A stretch of 61,893 nucleotides of DNA. Origin: Patescibacteria group bacterium. GTDB taxonomy: Bacteria > Patescibacteriota > Patescibacteriia > WFTA01 > S139-112. A model generated the notes under the pieces. It was not told the origin of the DNA and did not search any database. It was given only the letters and a program-made list of their open reading frames with translations. Positions 44,142 to 54,934 of this stretch are shown one piece after another. Positions within the stretch are counted from its first letter, which is position 1; each line of letters begins with the position of its first letter. Location: contig WFTB01000002.1 of the NCBI GenBank assembly GCA_015485695.1, positions 1 to 61,893 of the forward strand, given 5' to 3'. The position numbers and the translations under genes are program-made.

Positions 44142-45070
44142 ATTCCGATAATCAAATTCTCAAGAACGAGCCTGGGGCCTGCGTTCTTTTTTAACGCCTC
44201 TTCGGACTCCATCAAGGAGCGCTGGAAATCAACCAAGGACAACATGTCCGCGCGGTTATTTTTCATCGAATCAATCAAGTCCGTATAAACAATAGTATCA
44301 GATACACCGACTTTCATCAATATCAAATCTCTTACGACTTGTTTCCATATTTTCAACAGCGAAAAAGCTCGCTTTGCGTTATTGACAGGCGATTCTCCTT
44401 TCGGGAATCTTGTATGTATATATTCCATTCGGTCAAGCAACGTTCCGGACAAAGACTCAAGAAAATCCCTTGCCTCGTCCGAACGAGCCTTTAGAAAATC
44501 AGAATCCTCCGCCAATCGCAATGCGACACCCGGAAGGTTCAAGCTCATTCGCGCGATAAGCGGAGAATCCTTATGTCCGATGTATTCTTTTATCGCTTTC
44601 TCTATAACATCCGTCGGCACGGGATGAAAAAAGATTTGCTGACAACGCGATTTCACGGTATCCGGCACAAGATACGACTTGTTTGCCGTCAACAGCAATA
44701 ACGAATTTCCAGGAGGTTCTTCCAAAATCTTCAAAACCGCGTTGGATGCCGTCGAGGACAAAAGCTCAACATCCTCCAATATGGCTATTTTAAACTTTAA
44801 TCTCGATGAAGTTTTGTGTAAAAATCGACGCAAATCTCGAATCTCATCTATTGAGATTTCTTTTTTATCCTCTTTCAAACTTATTCTGAGAATATCGATT
44901 ATGGAACTATTTTCCGGACTATCTCCGATTATCTTTTTGACCAACCATTCTACGACTGCGGACTTGCCCACTCCTTCCGGTCCTTGAAACAAATACGCGT
45001 GAGACATTTTATTGTTTCGCAAGGCTTCATCAAAGTATTCGATTATATGCTCGTGTCCTATTATGTTCAT
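44138..45070 (-). CDS. holB: DNA polymerase III delta-prime subunit
   Basis: HAYLFQGPEGVGKSAV (P-loop-like), the clamp-loader SRC motif (VKSRCQ) and a typical size. Confidence 0.85.
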   Translation of the reverse strand: MNIIGHEHIIEYFDEALRNNKMSHAYLFQGPEGVGKSAVVEWLVKKIIGDSPENSSIIDILRISLKEDKKEISIDEIRDLRRFLHKTSSRLKFKIAILEDVELLSSTASNAVLKILEEPPGNSLLLLTANKSYLVPDTVKSRCQQIFFHPVPTDVIEKAIKEYIGHKDSPLIARMSLNLPGVALRLAEDSDFLKARSDEARDFLESLSGTLLDRMEYIHTRFPKGESPVNNAKRAFSLLKIWKQVVRDLILMKVGVSDTIVYTDLIDSMKNNRADMLSLVDFQRSLMESEEALKKNAGPRLVLENLIIGI

Positions 45071-45141
45071 GATCTTATTCTATCAACATGCCGAAAAGCG
45101 CGCAACGTCCGACTGGAAAAATGCGCGAAAAATCGAGAAGG

Positions 45142-48100
45142 TTATTCAGATTTCAAGTTAAGTTCGGTCGGGTTTTTCGCGTGGTTTTTCAAAAACGCTC
45201 GATACTCGAGTTTTCTGTACAAAATCGGAATGACAAACAATGTGAGAGTGGTAGCGAAAACGATTCCTATTGCGATGGCGATTGACAATCCTCTCCAAAA
45301 CTCATCGGCAAAAGCGAGAGGAATAACGCCAAGAGCGGTTGTTACGGTGGTGAGTATTATGGGTTGCAGACGGGCTTCTCCCGCCTCTATAACGGCGTCA
45401 TCTATATGCATTTTCCGTGTTCTTATATTGAAATTTATTCTGTCTATAAGGACAATCGCGTCATTAACCACGATCCCCGAAAGCGCCACTATTCCCAAAA
45501 ACGTAGGAAAACCGAAAGGCATACCGAAAATAAATATACCGAGAATAACACCGACAAATGCCAACGGCAATGTTATCAGGATGACAAACGGCTGGACAAA
45601 AGAGTCAAATTGCAAAACCATAATCGCGAAAATAAGCAAAACGGCAACGCTCATCGCCTTGTATAAATCATAAAAAGCGGTATTTTGGTCTTCAAATTCT
45701 CCGACCTGAATTATTTTATAATCTTTTGGCAATTTAATGTCTTTCATTTTTTTGTCGATTTCCGATTGTATTTCGGAAACGGAACGTTTTTCATTGCGCG
45801 CGCTTATGAAAACCGCGCGCTCAGAATCGCGATGATTGATTTCTTTAAGAGCCGGCTCTATTCGGACGTCCGCGACGCGCGATACCTTTATCCTTTCGCC
45901 GGAAAAATTAACAACTTCGATATTTTTGATATCATCTATTCCGACGACGCTTTTTTCATCGTATCTGACGACTATGTCCGTATCTTCTCCGTTTACGGAA
46001 ACGGTGTCTATGTCAAGACCGAACAAAGCAAGCCTTAATTCATTCGATACCTGCGAAGCGTTCAGGCCGAATTTTCCGAGCAACTCACGATCCAAATCAA
46101 ACACAACCTGAGGCGGTGACGGTTTGTCGGAAGACGTTATGTCTTTTACTCCTTCTATTTGGCTCAGTTTTTGTTTTATTACTCCCGCTATTTCGCTCAA
46201 AACGGCAAGATTCGGACCTCGCACCTGTATACCTATCGGGTCCGTGCTCGGAGGTCCGTTCTCTATGTCTTCCACGGTTATTTTCGCTCCTTTTATATTC
46301 TTCAGTCTGCCTCTTAATCCGTCCGATATCTCATAGCTTTTCAGTCTTCTTTCGGACTCGTCTTTTAATGTCATTGTGATTGATGCGAGATTTTCAGATG
46401 ACGACCCGAACATTCCGATTCCAAAAACGACAGACTGCCCAATGGTCGTCAAATAATTATCCAATCCTTCCGTTTGAGCAACAATACTCTCAACTTGCCT
46501 CGTTATTCGTTCGGTGTCTTTCAGCTCGCTTCCTTGCTCGAGCTCAATATTTACAAAAACAAAATCCGTGTCGCTTTTCGGAAACAATTCTGTCTTTATA
46601 ACACCAAAACCGAGCATTGCCACGCTGAACGCAACCAGAGCCATGATTGACCATGTCAACAAACGACGCTTTCGCCGATTCACGACAAGCCCTAGAATGG
46701 CGGGTCTGTATACGGTAATCATGAAAGAATGAATCTTCTTCTGAAAAACGTTTTTATCTCTCTTATCCGATTCGTTTTTTTTAATAAGGTATGTTGAAAG
46801 CGCAGGCATTATAAACAATCCGACAATCAAAGAAGATCCCAGAGTAGCGCCTATCGTCAACGGCAACGTCTTTAGAAACTCCCCGACTATTCCCTCCACC
46901 AATAACATTGGAATAAACGCCGCTATCGTCGTTAGTATTCCGGCGATAATCGGCCATTTATACGTTTCCACCGATAACATGGCTGCCTCCTTGCGCGAAT
47001 AACCCTTCTCAACACCCTCATGAATTCCTTCCAGCAATATGATTGTCGTGTCAATCAACAAACCGAGCGACAGTACGAGAGAAAACAAAGTCAACGAGTT
47101 TAACGTCGAACCCTGAGCGCTTATAATCCCGAAGCTCATCAGAAAAATCACAGGTATGGATATGACAGCTATCAACGCCATTCTAAAAGCGAGAACCAGT
47201 GCCAGAGACACGAATATAAGAATCATTGTCTGAGCTCCGCTCTTTGTCAAAGTGTTAAAATCTTTGCGAACAAATTGCGACATGTCATTGGTCGCCACTA
47301 TGTCGACCGATTCCGGTATCGCTCCGGATTCTTTGAGTTTTTCTATTTTGGACCGAGCCGAATCCACTATGTTTATTATGTTTCCGCCGGTCTGCTTGAA
47401 TACTCGAATCGACATAGTGTCGTTCGGGGTTTTTCCGGCTTTCGCAATTCGCGAAATCGTATCACGCTCCACCGGTTCGTCTTTTATTTCCGATATGTCG
47501 CTCAGTGACACATCACCTCCCGCAATCCCCGGTATCGCGACTTTTTTCAAGTCTTCCAAGGTTTCAATCTCGCCTTTCGCCCTTACGTCATAAATTTTAT
47601 TATCAATGGATATATCGCCAACCGGCAATGTTATGTTTGATTGCATGATTGCGCGAGCGACATCCGTTCCGGTTATGTTAAGTTGTTTCAATCTCGCCGG
47701 ATTGATGTCAATTCTCCATTCACGGTCGCGCTTTCCTATTATCTGAGCTTCCGACACACCCGGTATACTCTCTATCTCATCTTGAACAAGTTCCGCCAAT
47801 TTGTTCAAATCAGTTTCGTCAAGGTCTCCGACAAACGAAAAGGAAACGATAGCGTCATCGTTTATGCTGATTTCCGTCACTTTAGGGGGGTTGGTTATAC
47901 CATCCGGCAAATCTACGACTTCGCCGACCGCGTCTCTTAATTCTCGCATTGATTTTTCAAGGTTCGCTTCAGCCTCAAATTCCACCCTGACCAAAGACAG
48001 TCCTCCGGATGAAGTCGATGAAAGCTCTTTTATGTCGGAAATGTTTTTTATATTCGATTCAATCTCGTCGGTTATTTTATCTTCAACGTCTTCCGGAGAA

Positions 48101-48318
48101 GCTCCCGGCCAAACTGTAGATATTAGAGCTATCGGAATCTTGACTTCCGGATTCGCTTCACGAGGCAAAGTCAACAATGAAAACAATCCCCATATTGATA
48201 TTATCGCGGTGATTAATATGACTATCTTTCTGCGTTCAATAAAAAATCCGAACACCCCTCCGGACGCTCGTCCTATTTTTTCCAGATTTATGGATTGGTC
48301 CGTATTGTTATCCTCCAT
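45142..48318 (-). CDS. RND-superfamily efflux transporter (AcrB-like)
   Basis: 1058 aa with 12-TM topology and two large loops, plus conserved AcrB-family segments (GIVGEFL, VNDAIVLIDR). Confidence 0.9.
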   Translation of the reverse strand: MEDNNTDQSINLEKIGRASGGVFGFFIERRKIVILITAIISIWGLFSLLTLPREANPEVKIPIALISTVWPGASPEDVEDKITDEIESNIKNISDIKELSSTSSGGLSLVRVEFEAEANLEKSMRELRDAVGEVVDLPDGITNPPKVTEISINDDAIVSFSFVGDLDETDLNKLAELVQDEIESIPGVSEAQIIGKRDREWRIDINPARLKQLNITGTDVARAIMQSNITLPVGDISIDNKIYDVRAKGEIETLEDLKKVAIPGIAGGDVSLSDISEIKDEPVERDTISRIAKAGKTPNDTMSIRVFKQTGGNIINIVDSARSKIEKLKESGAIPESVDIVATNDMSQFVRKDFNTLTKSGAQTMILIFVSLALVLAFRMALIAVISIPVIFLMSFGIISAQGSTLNSLTLFSLVLSLGLLIDTTIILLEGIHEGVEKGYSRKEAAMLSVETYKWPIIAGILTTIAAFIPMLLVEGIVGEFLKTLPLTIGATLGSSLIVGLFIMPALSTYLIKKNESDKRDKNVFQKKIHSFMITVYRPAILGLVVNRRKRRLLTWSIMALVAFSVAMLGFGVIKTELFPKSDTDFVFVNIELEQGSELKDTERITRQVESIVAQTEGLDNYLTTIGQSVVFGIGMFGSSSENLASITMTLKDESERRLKSYEISDGLRGRLKNIKGAKITVEDIENGPPSTDPIGIQVRGPNLAVLSEIAGVIKQKLSQIEGVKDITSSDKPSPPQVVFDLDRELLGKFGLNASQVSNELRLALFGLDIDTVSVNGEDTDIVVRYDEKSVVGIDDIKNIEVVNFSGERIKVSRVADVRIEPALKEINHRDSERAVFISARNEKRSVSEIQSEIDKKMKDIKLPKDYKIIQVGEFEDQNTAFYDLYKAMSVAVLLIFAIMVLQFDSFVQPFVILITLPLAFVGVILGIFIFGMPFGFPTFLGIVALSGIVVNDAIVLIDRINFNIRTRKMHIDDAVIEAGEARLQPIILTTVTTALGVIPLAFADEFWRGLSIAIAIGIVFATTLTLFVIPILYRKLEYRAFLKNHAKNPTELNLKSE

Positions 48319-48327
48319 AAGCGACTT

Positions 48328-50028
48328 TTATTGCAATTCGACGGTCACGGCGTCACCGACACCCAAAAACTCTCCTCCGTCTTTAATGATTAAATCACCT
48401 TCATCAACCCCCGACTCGACAATAACGTAATTATCAATCACATCACCGAGAACGACAGGTTGTTTTTTAACACGAAATTCGTTTTCTTCTTCCGATTTTT
48501 CGGCTGTCAATACGAATATTTCATCCTGACCCACCGTCACGTTTGATAATGGAATTACGATTTTATTTTCCACGGGTATGGTTTGCGATATCGTGACCTC
48601 TCCGACATCTCCCGGATTCAAGACTCCGTCCGGATTATCGACGGACACTACAAAATCTATTTTACCGGTTGCGATTGAAGCCGTCGGGCTTACCTCGGTT
48701 ATTGTTCCTTCCATGTTGTCGTTTACGATTACGCTTTTTCCCTGATTTATGAACATTCCTTGAGATTCGTCCGCTGAAAGACTTATCTCGACCGCATCCA
48801 CTCTGCCAATCTCCACCAGTTTTGACCCTGGAGACACTTGGTCTCCAATATTCGCAAGGTTCGCGATTATAACTCCGTCAAAAGGAGCTTTGGGTGACAG
48901 GTCAAAGTATGCGCTTTGCGCGTTCGCGAGTTGTATGTTGGCGTTTGTAAGTCTGTTTCGCGCGCTCAAAGTCTGTATATCGGTCTGTCGCAAAACGCTT
49001 TCAAATGCGGATTGCGCGTTGGAAAGACGAATCTTTGCTTGATCCAAATTGTCTTTCGATAAAATATATGAACCTTGTATGGTAACATCTATGGATGAGA
49101 CAGAGTTTTTTGCCGATTTTATCGCGGTGTTTTGAGCGTTTACAAGATCGATAAACAGAGCGGACTGTCTTGTGTATTCGTCTATCTTGGATTGCGGAAA
49201 TCCGAGAGCTGGAATCGCTATTCCGTAACTTAACGTGCGAAACACATTATTGTTGAAATTTCTCGCCACGACAAGAGCGCTTTCCATCTCTATAAGAGAT
49301 TTTGAAACGTCTCCCTTTACGCTCTGACTCAAAGACAAATAAACATCTTTTAACAGTTCAAAATCGTTTGTCGTGGAATTCAGCAAAGCCAAGTTTCCGT
49401 TCGGGGTGTCTCGCAATATAAATTCATTCAAACTGCCTCCGTCTCCCCAAAACAATATTATTCTCTCTATCAAATTATACGCAGACTCATAGGCAACCTC
49501 CGCGGAATCCAATGTCGCGCTCAAGTTCCGGTCATTCAGCAGTTGCGTGTTTTCAAAACTGTTTTCGGCAGTATCGAACGACACCTTCGCGGAATCCACG
49601 TTTAACTTCGCTTGAATTATCATTTCATCGTTCAGCCTGATTGTCTCGTCCAGATTCTGTTTAGCGACCCGCACCGCGTCTTTTGCCTGATTGTACGTTT
49701 GAATTATCGCATTGTCATACATTTCGACTATTGTTTGTCCGGATTTGATTTTGGCGCCAACCGGAGCCATGTATCTTACGTTCGCGTTTAACTTGGCGAC
49801 GATTTGTGTGTATTCCTTCGGCATTATGATTCCGGAAATTCTCGTTTCGGATTCGATTGATTTCTTTTTTTTCGCGACGATTACGCTTACGGAATTCGGA
49901 ACGTTTGTATCGATATCGTCTTTTCGTGATTTGGAATTCAACCAAGAATTCGCGATAAAAGCCGCGATTAACACCACCACGACCGGTATTATGAATCTTT
50001 TTCGTTTAATCCAAAATGGTATATTCAT
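48328..50028 (-). CDS. efflux periplasmic adaptor (HlyD/MFP family) with very long alpha-helical hairpin
   Basis: N-terminal TM, lipoyl-like halves (GIIMPKEYTQIVAKLNANV... and APFDGVIIANLANIGDQVSPG), and about 250 aa of coiled-coil between them. The start is at MNIPFWIKRK; the track ORF extends to 50151. Confidence 0.8.
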   Translation of the reverse strand: MNIPFWIKRKRFIIPVVVVLIAAFIANSWLNSKSRKDDIDTNVPNSVSVIVAKKKKSIESETRISGIIMPKEYTQIVAKLNANVRYMAPVGAKIKSGQTIVEMYDNAIIQTYNQAKDAVRVAKQNLDETIRLNDEMIIQAKLNVDSAKVSFDTAENSFENTQLLNDRNLSATLDSAEVAYESAYNLIERIILFWGDGGSLNEFILRDTPNGNLALLNSTTNDFELLKDVYLSLSQSVKGDVSKSLIEMESALVVARNFNNNVFRTLSYGIAIPALGFPQSKIDEYTRQSALFIDLVNAQNTAIKSAKNSVSSIDVTIQGSYILSKDNLDQAKIRLSNAQSAFESVLRQTDIQTLSARNRLTNANIQLANAQSAYFDLSPKAPFDGVIIANLANIGDQVSPGSKLVEIGRVDAVEISLSADESQGMFINQGKSVIVNDNMEGTITEVSPTASIATGKIDFVVSVDNPDGVLNPGDVGEVTISQTIPVENKIVIPLSNVTVGQDEIFVLTAEKSEEENEFRVKKQPVVLGDVIDNYVIVESGVDEGDLIIKDGGEFLGVGDAVTVELQ

Positions 50029-50347
50029 ATGCAACGCATGATAAACAAGCAATAACTTCCATACTTTAAAGACCGTTTTAAGTATGACTATATTTCGTGT
50101 TACTTTAGACCAATCCGACAAAAAGTCAACACTGCCCACATGTCGACACATTCAAACAAACTCAAACTACATCCTAAAAACAAAAATCACCGCAAAAAAC
50201 AATGATTCGAAAAAAACGAATATTGCGAATTAACGTTTATTTAATTTCAAGACAAAACACACGCTGAATAAAACAACAAATACGGAAAATCAAACAACCA
50301 AAAGAGCATCGATTTGCCATTGATGCCAATTGAGATTCGAATTATCG

Positions 50348-52420
50348 TTAATCGTCCTTACCTGAAACCGTAAACGAAATGGTACGGTCAATGCTGAGAT
50401 TGTTCGTATAAACAAGCTTTTTCTCTCCGAGAATTTTCAAATTCGGGGATTGTGGCAACCAATTTTTGTAAATCATGTTTTCGGGCAATGTCACCGTCAC
50501 GCGAATCGGAGTTCCTTGCGTTCCGGATTGTTTTTGAAAATACAGCGAATAGGCTTTTGACGAATCGAATTTTTCCGGCAACTCGTATTTAATCGTCACG
50601 GTCTTTTTTTGTCCCGGTTTCAATCCGAGCCATCCCGCAAATACGGTCTTACCGGTTTCTTCGTAGGATGACGCGTACATATTCGGATAAAATTTCGTTG
50701 AATTTTTAATCGATTCAAGATCTTCGTCTTGTTCCAATTTCTCATCGGTTTTTTTGTATCGTTCCGTCAAATCGTCCGTGGTAAATCCGTCGGCGGATAG
50801 AAGCTTTGAACCGAGCGGTACGTAGAACCTCATATAATCAAGGTTGTTCTGACCTTCAAACGGGTCGTTCGGGTCTCCTTCGTGATTCCTGGTTATTCTC
50901 ACCGTATTGATTACTCTACCGTCATTTTCAATTACGGATTCAACACTTATTAAATCTTTGATCGCTATATCCGTTTTACCGCCTCCTATGTTGGTATGAA
51001 CAATCGAAAGATAATCCTGCGGAGAATCGTGCAACTTACCTCCCCAATCAAGAGATTCAATCGTGTTTTGTATTTGCTCATTCGCCGAATAAAGCAACAG
51101 GTGCTTTTCCATGAACGCATTGTCCACCAATTCAAGCAAAGGCTTCACGTTGCCGTCGTTTATCATTTTCAATATGCGAATCGCGAATTCCGGCATCAAA
51201 TCGTTGATAAAGGCTTTTGGAGTGTTTTTCTCTCTGTCGTATTCGATTTCAACTTCTTTTTGAGTTTCGGTTCTGAAATTCCTGCTGTCTATTATTTGGT
51301 CATACTCTTCAAGCTCAATCGGTCCCGTAAGTTCCAATATGTCTTCTATTATGTTTGGAGTAATCATTATGACTCCATCTACGGTGGATCCTCCGGAGAT
51401 TTCATAAAACTTGGAAAGTTTACGTGCCGAAGTCGGATAATCCGCAAACCAATTCGTATTCCAGACCTGCCAATAGGGAGAAAAAATATGGAAAGGTTCG
51501 GGGGCTTCGATTTGGCGAGTTATCGACCCTTTCAAATCATAAAACCCTCCGTCAGGCGTTTCGAACGCAGTTATTTTGCCGTTATAAATATCCAGAACGC
51601 CATACCACCCCATAAACCCTCCGGTAGCCCGCAACTCCGCATTGTTTTGCGAAACAATCAAGAAACGACGAGGTCCGTTGAAGCCTGCGAATTCTTTCGC
51701 TATGGCTATTGCCGGAACATAGTCTTTTAACGCTTGAGACAGTGTGGCGTATTTGATTGCCGTTGTAGTGCTACCCAAAACTCGCTCTTTCGCCTCAAAA
51801 AGTTTAACGCCTGCTTCGGAGAATTTCAGTGGCAAAATCAAAATCAAAGCAATGAAGCTAAACACGGCGACTTGCCTGTACCATTCTCGAGGGGGGCTTA
51901 TTCGAATTTCGACAACAGCTCTCAGTCCGTCTCGAATAAGAATTGAAAAATACTTTATAAACGACGAAACATAACGCGCAAGCGCGTCAAGAAGCGCGTT
52001 TAGGGCTGTTATCGGACTTGTTATTATATAGCGCACCAATTTAAAGACGGAAACAACTCCGAAAACCATTTGTTCGAACAGCCATCCTACAAAAGCTATA
52101 GCAGAAAAAAACAAAGTTCCAAGCGTCCTGTGACGTTCGACTATTCCGGACAATACGCGGGAAAACTCAGATTCCCCTCCGCGAAGATCCTTATGACTGG
52201 AAGCGTACACTTGCCGAGCGGTTTTGTCTTCGTGTTTTTGAGAGTAAACACGCTCGTTTGATACGACATTGTCGTCCAATCCGATTTTGTCGTCGCCGTA
52301 ATCGATTTCCTTTGCACGGTTAAATCGATTGTTCTTTGAAGTCGTGTCGTCATAATCGGATTTCGCCGAACGCAAATCCAATACATGTCGTGATTTGTTT
52401 GGTCGCATATCCTTGAGCAT
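50348..52420 (-). CDS. DUF4012-domain membrane-anchored protein
   Basis: TM segments after a basic N-terminus. The motif NNAELRATGGFMGWYGVLDI matches the DUF4012 N.AE.R..GG..G.Y signature. Confidence 0.6.
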   Translation of the reverse strand: MLKDMRPNKSRHVLDLRSAKSDYDDTTSKNNRFNRAKEIDYGDDKIGLDDNVVSNERVYSQKHEDKTARQVYASSHKDLRGGESEFSRVLSGIVERHRTLGTLFFSAIAFVGWLFEQMVFGVVSVFKLVRYIITSPITALNALLDALARYVSSFIKYFSILIRDGLRAVVEIRISPPREWYRQVAVFSFIALILILPLKFSEAGVKLFEAKERVLGSTTTAIKYATLSQALKDYVPAIAIAKEFAGFNGPRRFLIVSQNNAELRATGGFMGWYGVLDIYNGKITAFETPDGGFYDLKGSITRQIEAPEPFHIFSPYWQVWNTNWFADYPTSARKLSKFYEISGGSTVDGVIMITPNIIEDILELTGPIELEEYDQIIDSRNFRTETQKEVEIEYDREKNTPKAFINDLMPEFAIRILKMINDGNVKPLLELVDNAFMEKHLLLYSANEQIQNTIESLDWGGKLHDSPQDYLSIVHTNIGGGKTDIAIKDLISVESVIENDGRVINTVRITRNHEGDPNDPFEGQNNLDYMRFYVPLGSKLLSADGFTTDDLTERYKKTDEKLEQDEDLESIKNSTKFYPNMYASSYEETGKTVFAGWLGLKPGQKKTVTIKYELPEKFDSSKAYSLYFQKQSGTQGTPIRVTVTLPENMIYKNWLPQSPNLKILGEKKLVYTNNLSIDRTISFTVSGKDD

Positions 52421-52517
52421 GGTCTCGGGTTTTATAAATTCAACAATCTTTTACGACCGAAATTATACCATAATCAAACCGATGAACAAAATCTTATCGT
52501 CTTCCTGGAAACGAAGT

Positions 52518-54338
52518 TTATCTTATCGCCGGATTTCCGATTACGGCGGAATATCTGATTTTTTCTTCAATAACGCCGTTTTCAACATCAATGGTCAGTG
52601 GCACGATTCTGTCCAACAAACGAGCAAGTTCAAAACGCACGGACGGTTTCGCTTCTTCGGATTCATAACCGGCTCTTTGTCGGTTTACCAAATCGCTTCC
52701 TTTAAACAATTGCCCCACAAACCAATCCGCGTATTTTAAATGCTTTTCCAAAATCTTGACAATATCGTTATCAGACCCGAAATGTTTGTTTATCGAATTC
52801 ATAATTTTCGAATCTCTCGCCAATTCTCTCAATGCGACTATCGCGTCCGGTAATTCCGAATGTGACGCTTCGTTTTGATTCGGCGCAAGCCACCTTGTCG
52901 TAATATGCGGTTTGTCGCTTTCAAGAGCGTACCCATTCGCCAACACGACTCTTCCATCAAACAATTTACTACGCTCGCTTTCGGGACTCAGAGGCTTCGG
53001 GATCGTGCCTTTTTCCCAATTCCACTCATGCATTCCATGTATCATGTCCGGATCGCTCAGCATGTAATAAAAAGTTTCAAGCTCGGTTACCGCTCGTTTG
53101 ATATGCGATTCTATTTCACTTTTCTCGTCATCGCTTAATTCGTCTTTTAGCAATTTCATGCGAACGTACGAAGCTCTTGATACGACAACACGCGTACCGT
53201 CGCCCGGCAAATCAAGAGAAGCGTTTGCTCGCGCTTCAAAGATAGCGCGGTCAACGTCCGCGTTTTCTGCAACATTTATGGAAGAGTGCCCCATAGATCT
53301 TCCAAGAATTGCTAGTTTGCCGTCTTTTTCGACTTTGCCGTCAACCCAAAAAACCTTGTCCATATTAATCAGCACCGTCCCCGCCATATTCTCAAGCCTG
53401 TCAGCAATGTCATTCTCGCCGATCGAACGCAACAAGACCGCCATTTCGGACATGTGAGCCACCGGACGCGCAATACTACCATCTGGAGAGACGGTGTCGT
53501 TTAATATGTCTCCGTTCAACGACAGATACTTTGGAATAAGTCCGTGGAAATCGTCGACAACACCTTCCCAGTGACGGACAGACTCATCTATAGGCTTTAT
53601 GTATTTGCCTTTGTCTTCATCGCTCAAAGAACTCCAACACAAAACAACATTCGAAGTAAAATCCGCAATCGCGCGCCAATTGTCCATCGGATAAACCAAG
53701 TCTATTTTCTCTTTATCGGGATTCGTATCGGATATGTTTTCTCTGGATTTTCTCACGCGGTCTATATGCGCTTTGGAGACTCTACCCGACATTGGCTTAA
53801 CTCTCGATGTTGTCGGAATCCGACCGCTTTCCTTTTCCGTCTCTACAAAACCGTATTCGTGGTTGTGTTTAACATATAACTCTATGATTTTGAGGGCTTC
53901 AGAGTTTCCCAAAAGCGCGCTCAGCTTTATTTCCTTCGGTAAAATACGATAATCGCGCAATTCAACAAATTCGGCTTCATACCCCGACCCCTCGCTTTTG
54001 CGTTTGTCGATAATCGTTGAACGCGCGTCTTGGTTTTGCAACGGATTTTCCGTCAGATTACCTATTTCTTTTTCAACTATTTCGTTTAATTTGTCTCGCA
54101 ATCCGTCATTATCAATATCACCGCAAACAAGGCTAAAAAGCATTTCATCGAATCCGGGAAGCCTGTCGGCGTTAATATTTTCGTCTATTTCTTTAATTGT
54201 TTCAAACAGTTTTTTCGTAAAGTCTTTTGGTGTCTCGTTCTCAGGTGATTCTTCATTTTTTTCCCACTCGGAAAAAGCTCCTATTCTCAAAGAGCCAAAT
54301 GTCAATAAAGCTGTTCTTAAAAAATCTCGCCTATTCAT
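52518..54338 (-). CDS. hypothetical exported protein with twin-arginine signal
   Basis: The N-terminus MNRRDFLRTALLTFGSL carries the Tat motif RRxFL. The 606-aa, largely helical body may be an alpha/alpha-barrel, but I recognise no family. Confidence 0.6.
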   Translation of the reverse strand: MNRRDFLRTALLTFGSLRIGAFSEWEKNEESPENETPKDFTKKLFETIKEIDENINADRLPGFDEMLFSLVCGDIDNDGLRDKLNEIVEKEIGNLTENPLQNQDARSTIIDKRKSEGSGYEAEFVELRDYRILPKEIKLSALLGNSEALKIIELYVKHNHEYGFVETEKESGRIPTTSRVKPMSGRVSKAHIDRVRKSRENISDTNPDKEKIDLVYPMDNWRAIADFTSNVVLCWSSLSDEDKGKYIKPIDESVRHWEGVVDDFHGLIPKYLSLNGDILNDTVSPDGSIARPVAHMSEMAVLLRSIGENDIADRLENMAGTVLINMDKVFWVDGKVEKDGKLAILGRSMGHSSINVAENADVDRAIFEARANASLDLPGDGTRVVVSRASYVRMKLLKDELSDDEKSEIESHIKRAVTELETFYYMLSDPDMIHGMHEWNWEKGTIPKPLSPESERSKLFDGRVVLANGYALESDKPHITTRWLAPNQNEASHSELPDAIVALRELARDSKIMNSINKHFGSDNDIVKILEKHLKYADWFVGQLFKGSDLVNRQRAGYESEEAKPSVRFELARLLDRIVPLTIDVENGVIEEKIRYSAVIGNPAIR

Positions 54339-54456
54339 AATATGTTTGTGCGCTTATTACAATGACACGTGTTCATATTCAAACGAAATCGCTCAAACTC
54401 CACTTTCCGCGAAACGCAAATTCGTTTGCCGTCATGTTCGCGTCACATCCATCAAA

Positions 54457-54861
54457 TCACGAATCTTTTTTATCCGACAACAAACCTTCAAACGACCCCT
54501 CGAAACGCGAGGCTCGCACCACGGAATCGTCTATGATGTGATAATTCCCGCCCCTCGGCTTATTGAACAGTATGCCGTGATATTTGAATCCGTTTTTATC
54601 CAACCATTCTCGCGTGATTTTCGACATGGATTCGGTACGAGAAGTAAAAAACGTGATTATGTGACCGTCATCATAAAGTTTGTTTACGAATTCACGGGAC
54701 CCGGGCACGACATAAGCTTTCGGCATGCGCTCCGGTTCCTCATTCGGAATATCTTCCGATACGCAACCGTCTATATCTATAAGATAATTTTTAACGTCAC
54801 CCGACAAGCGCGGTGTTTTGCGCTTGCCGTCACTTCCGATAATCTCTTGTAATTCTTGCAT
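54457..54861 (-). CDS. small HAD-like phosphatase-fold protein
   Basis: IDIDGCVSED is a DxDG motif I, followed by FFTSR (motif II-like) and HIIDDS near the C-terminus. 134 aa. Confidence 0.45.
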   Translation of the reverse strand: MQELQEIIGSDGKRKTPRLSGDVKNYLIDIDGCVSEDIPNEEPERMPKAYVVPGSREFVNKLYDDGHIITFFTSRTESMSKITREWLDKNGFKYHGILFNKPRGGNYHIIDDSVVRASRFEGSFEGLLSDKKDS

Positions 54862-54934
54862 ATGTTAATAATACTTTCATTAAGAGTAAGACTCATGGTA
54901 AATATCTGTTTATTTTTTGAATGGCAGACACCAT

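Noticed and set aside
44984-54852. Long antisense ORFs opposite holB/RND (44984-45673, 47801-48430), DUF4012 (50996-51730) and the Tat protein (53998-54852).
   Set aside because: The opposite strand carries genes with recognisable family motifs. The antisense translations have no motifs and show odd composition. These are shadow ORFs typical of biased codon usage.
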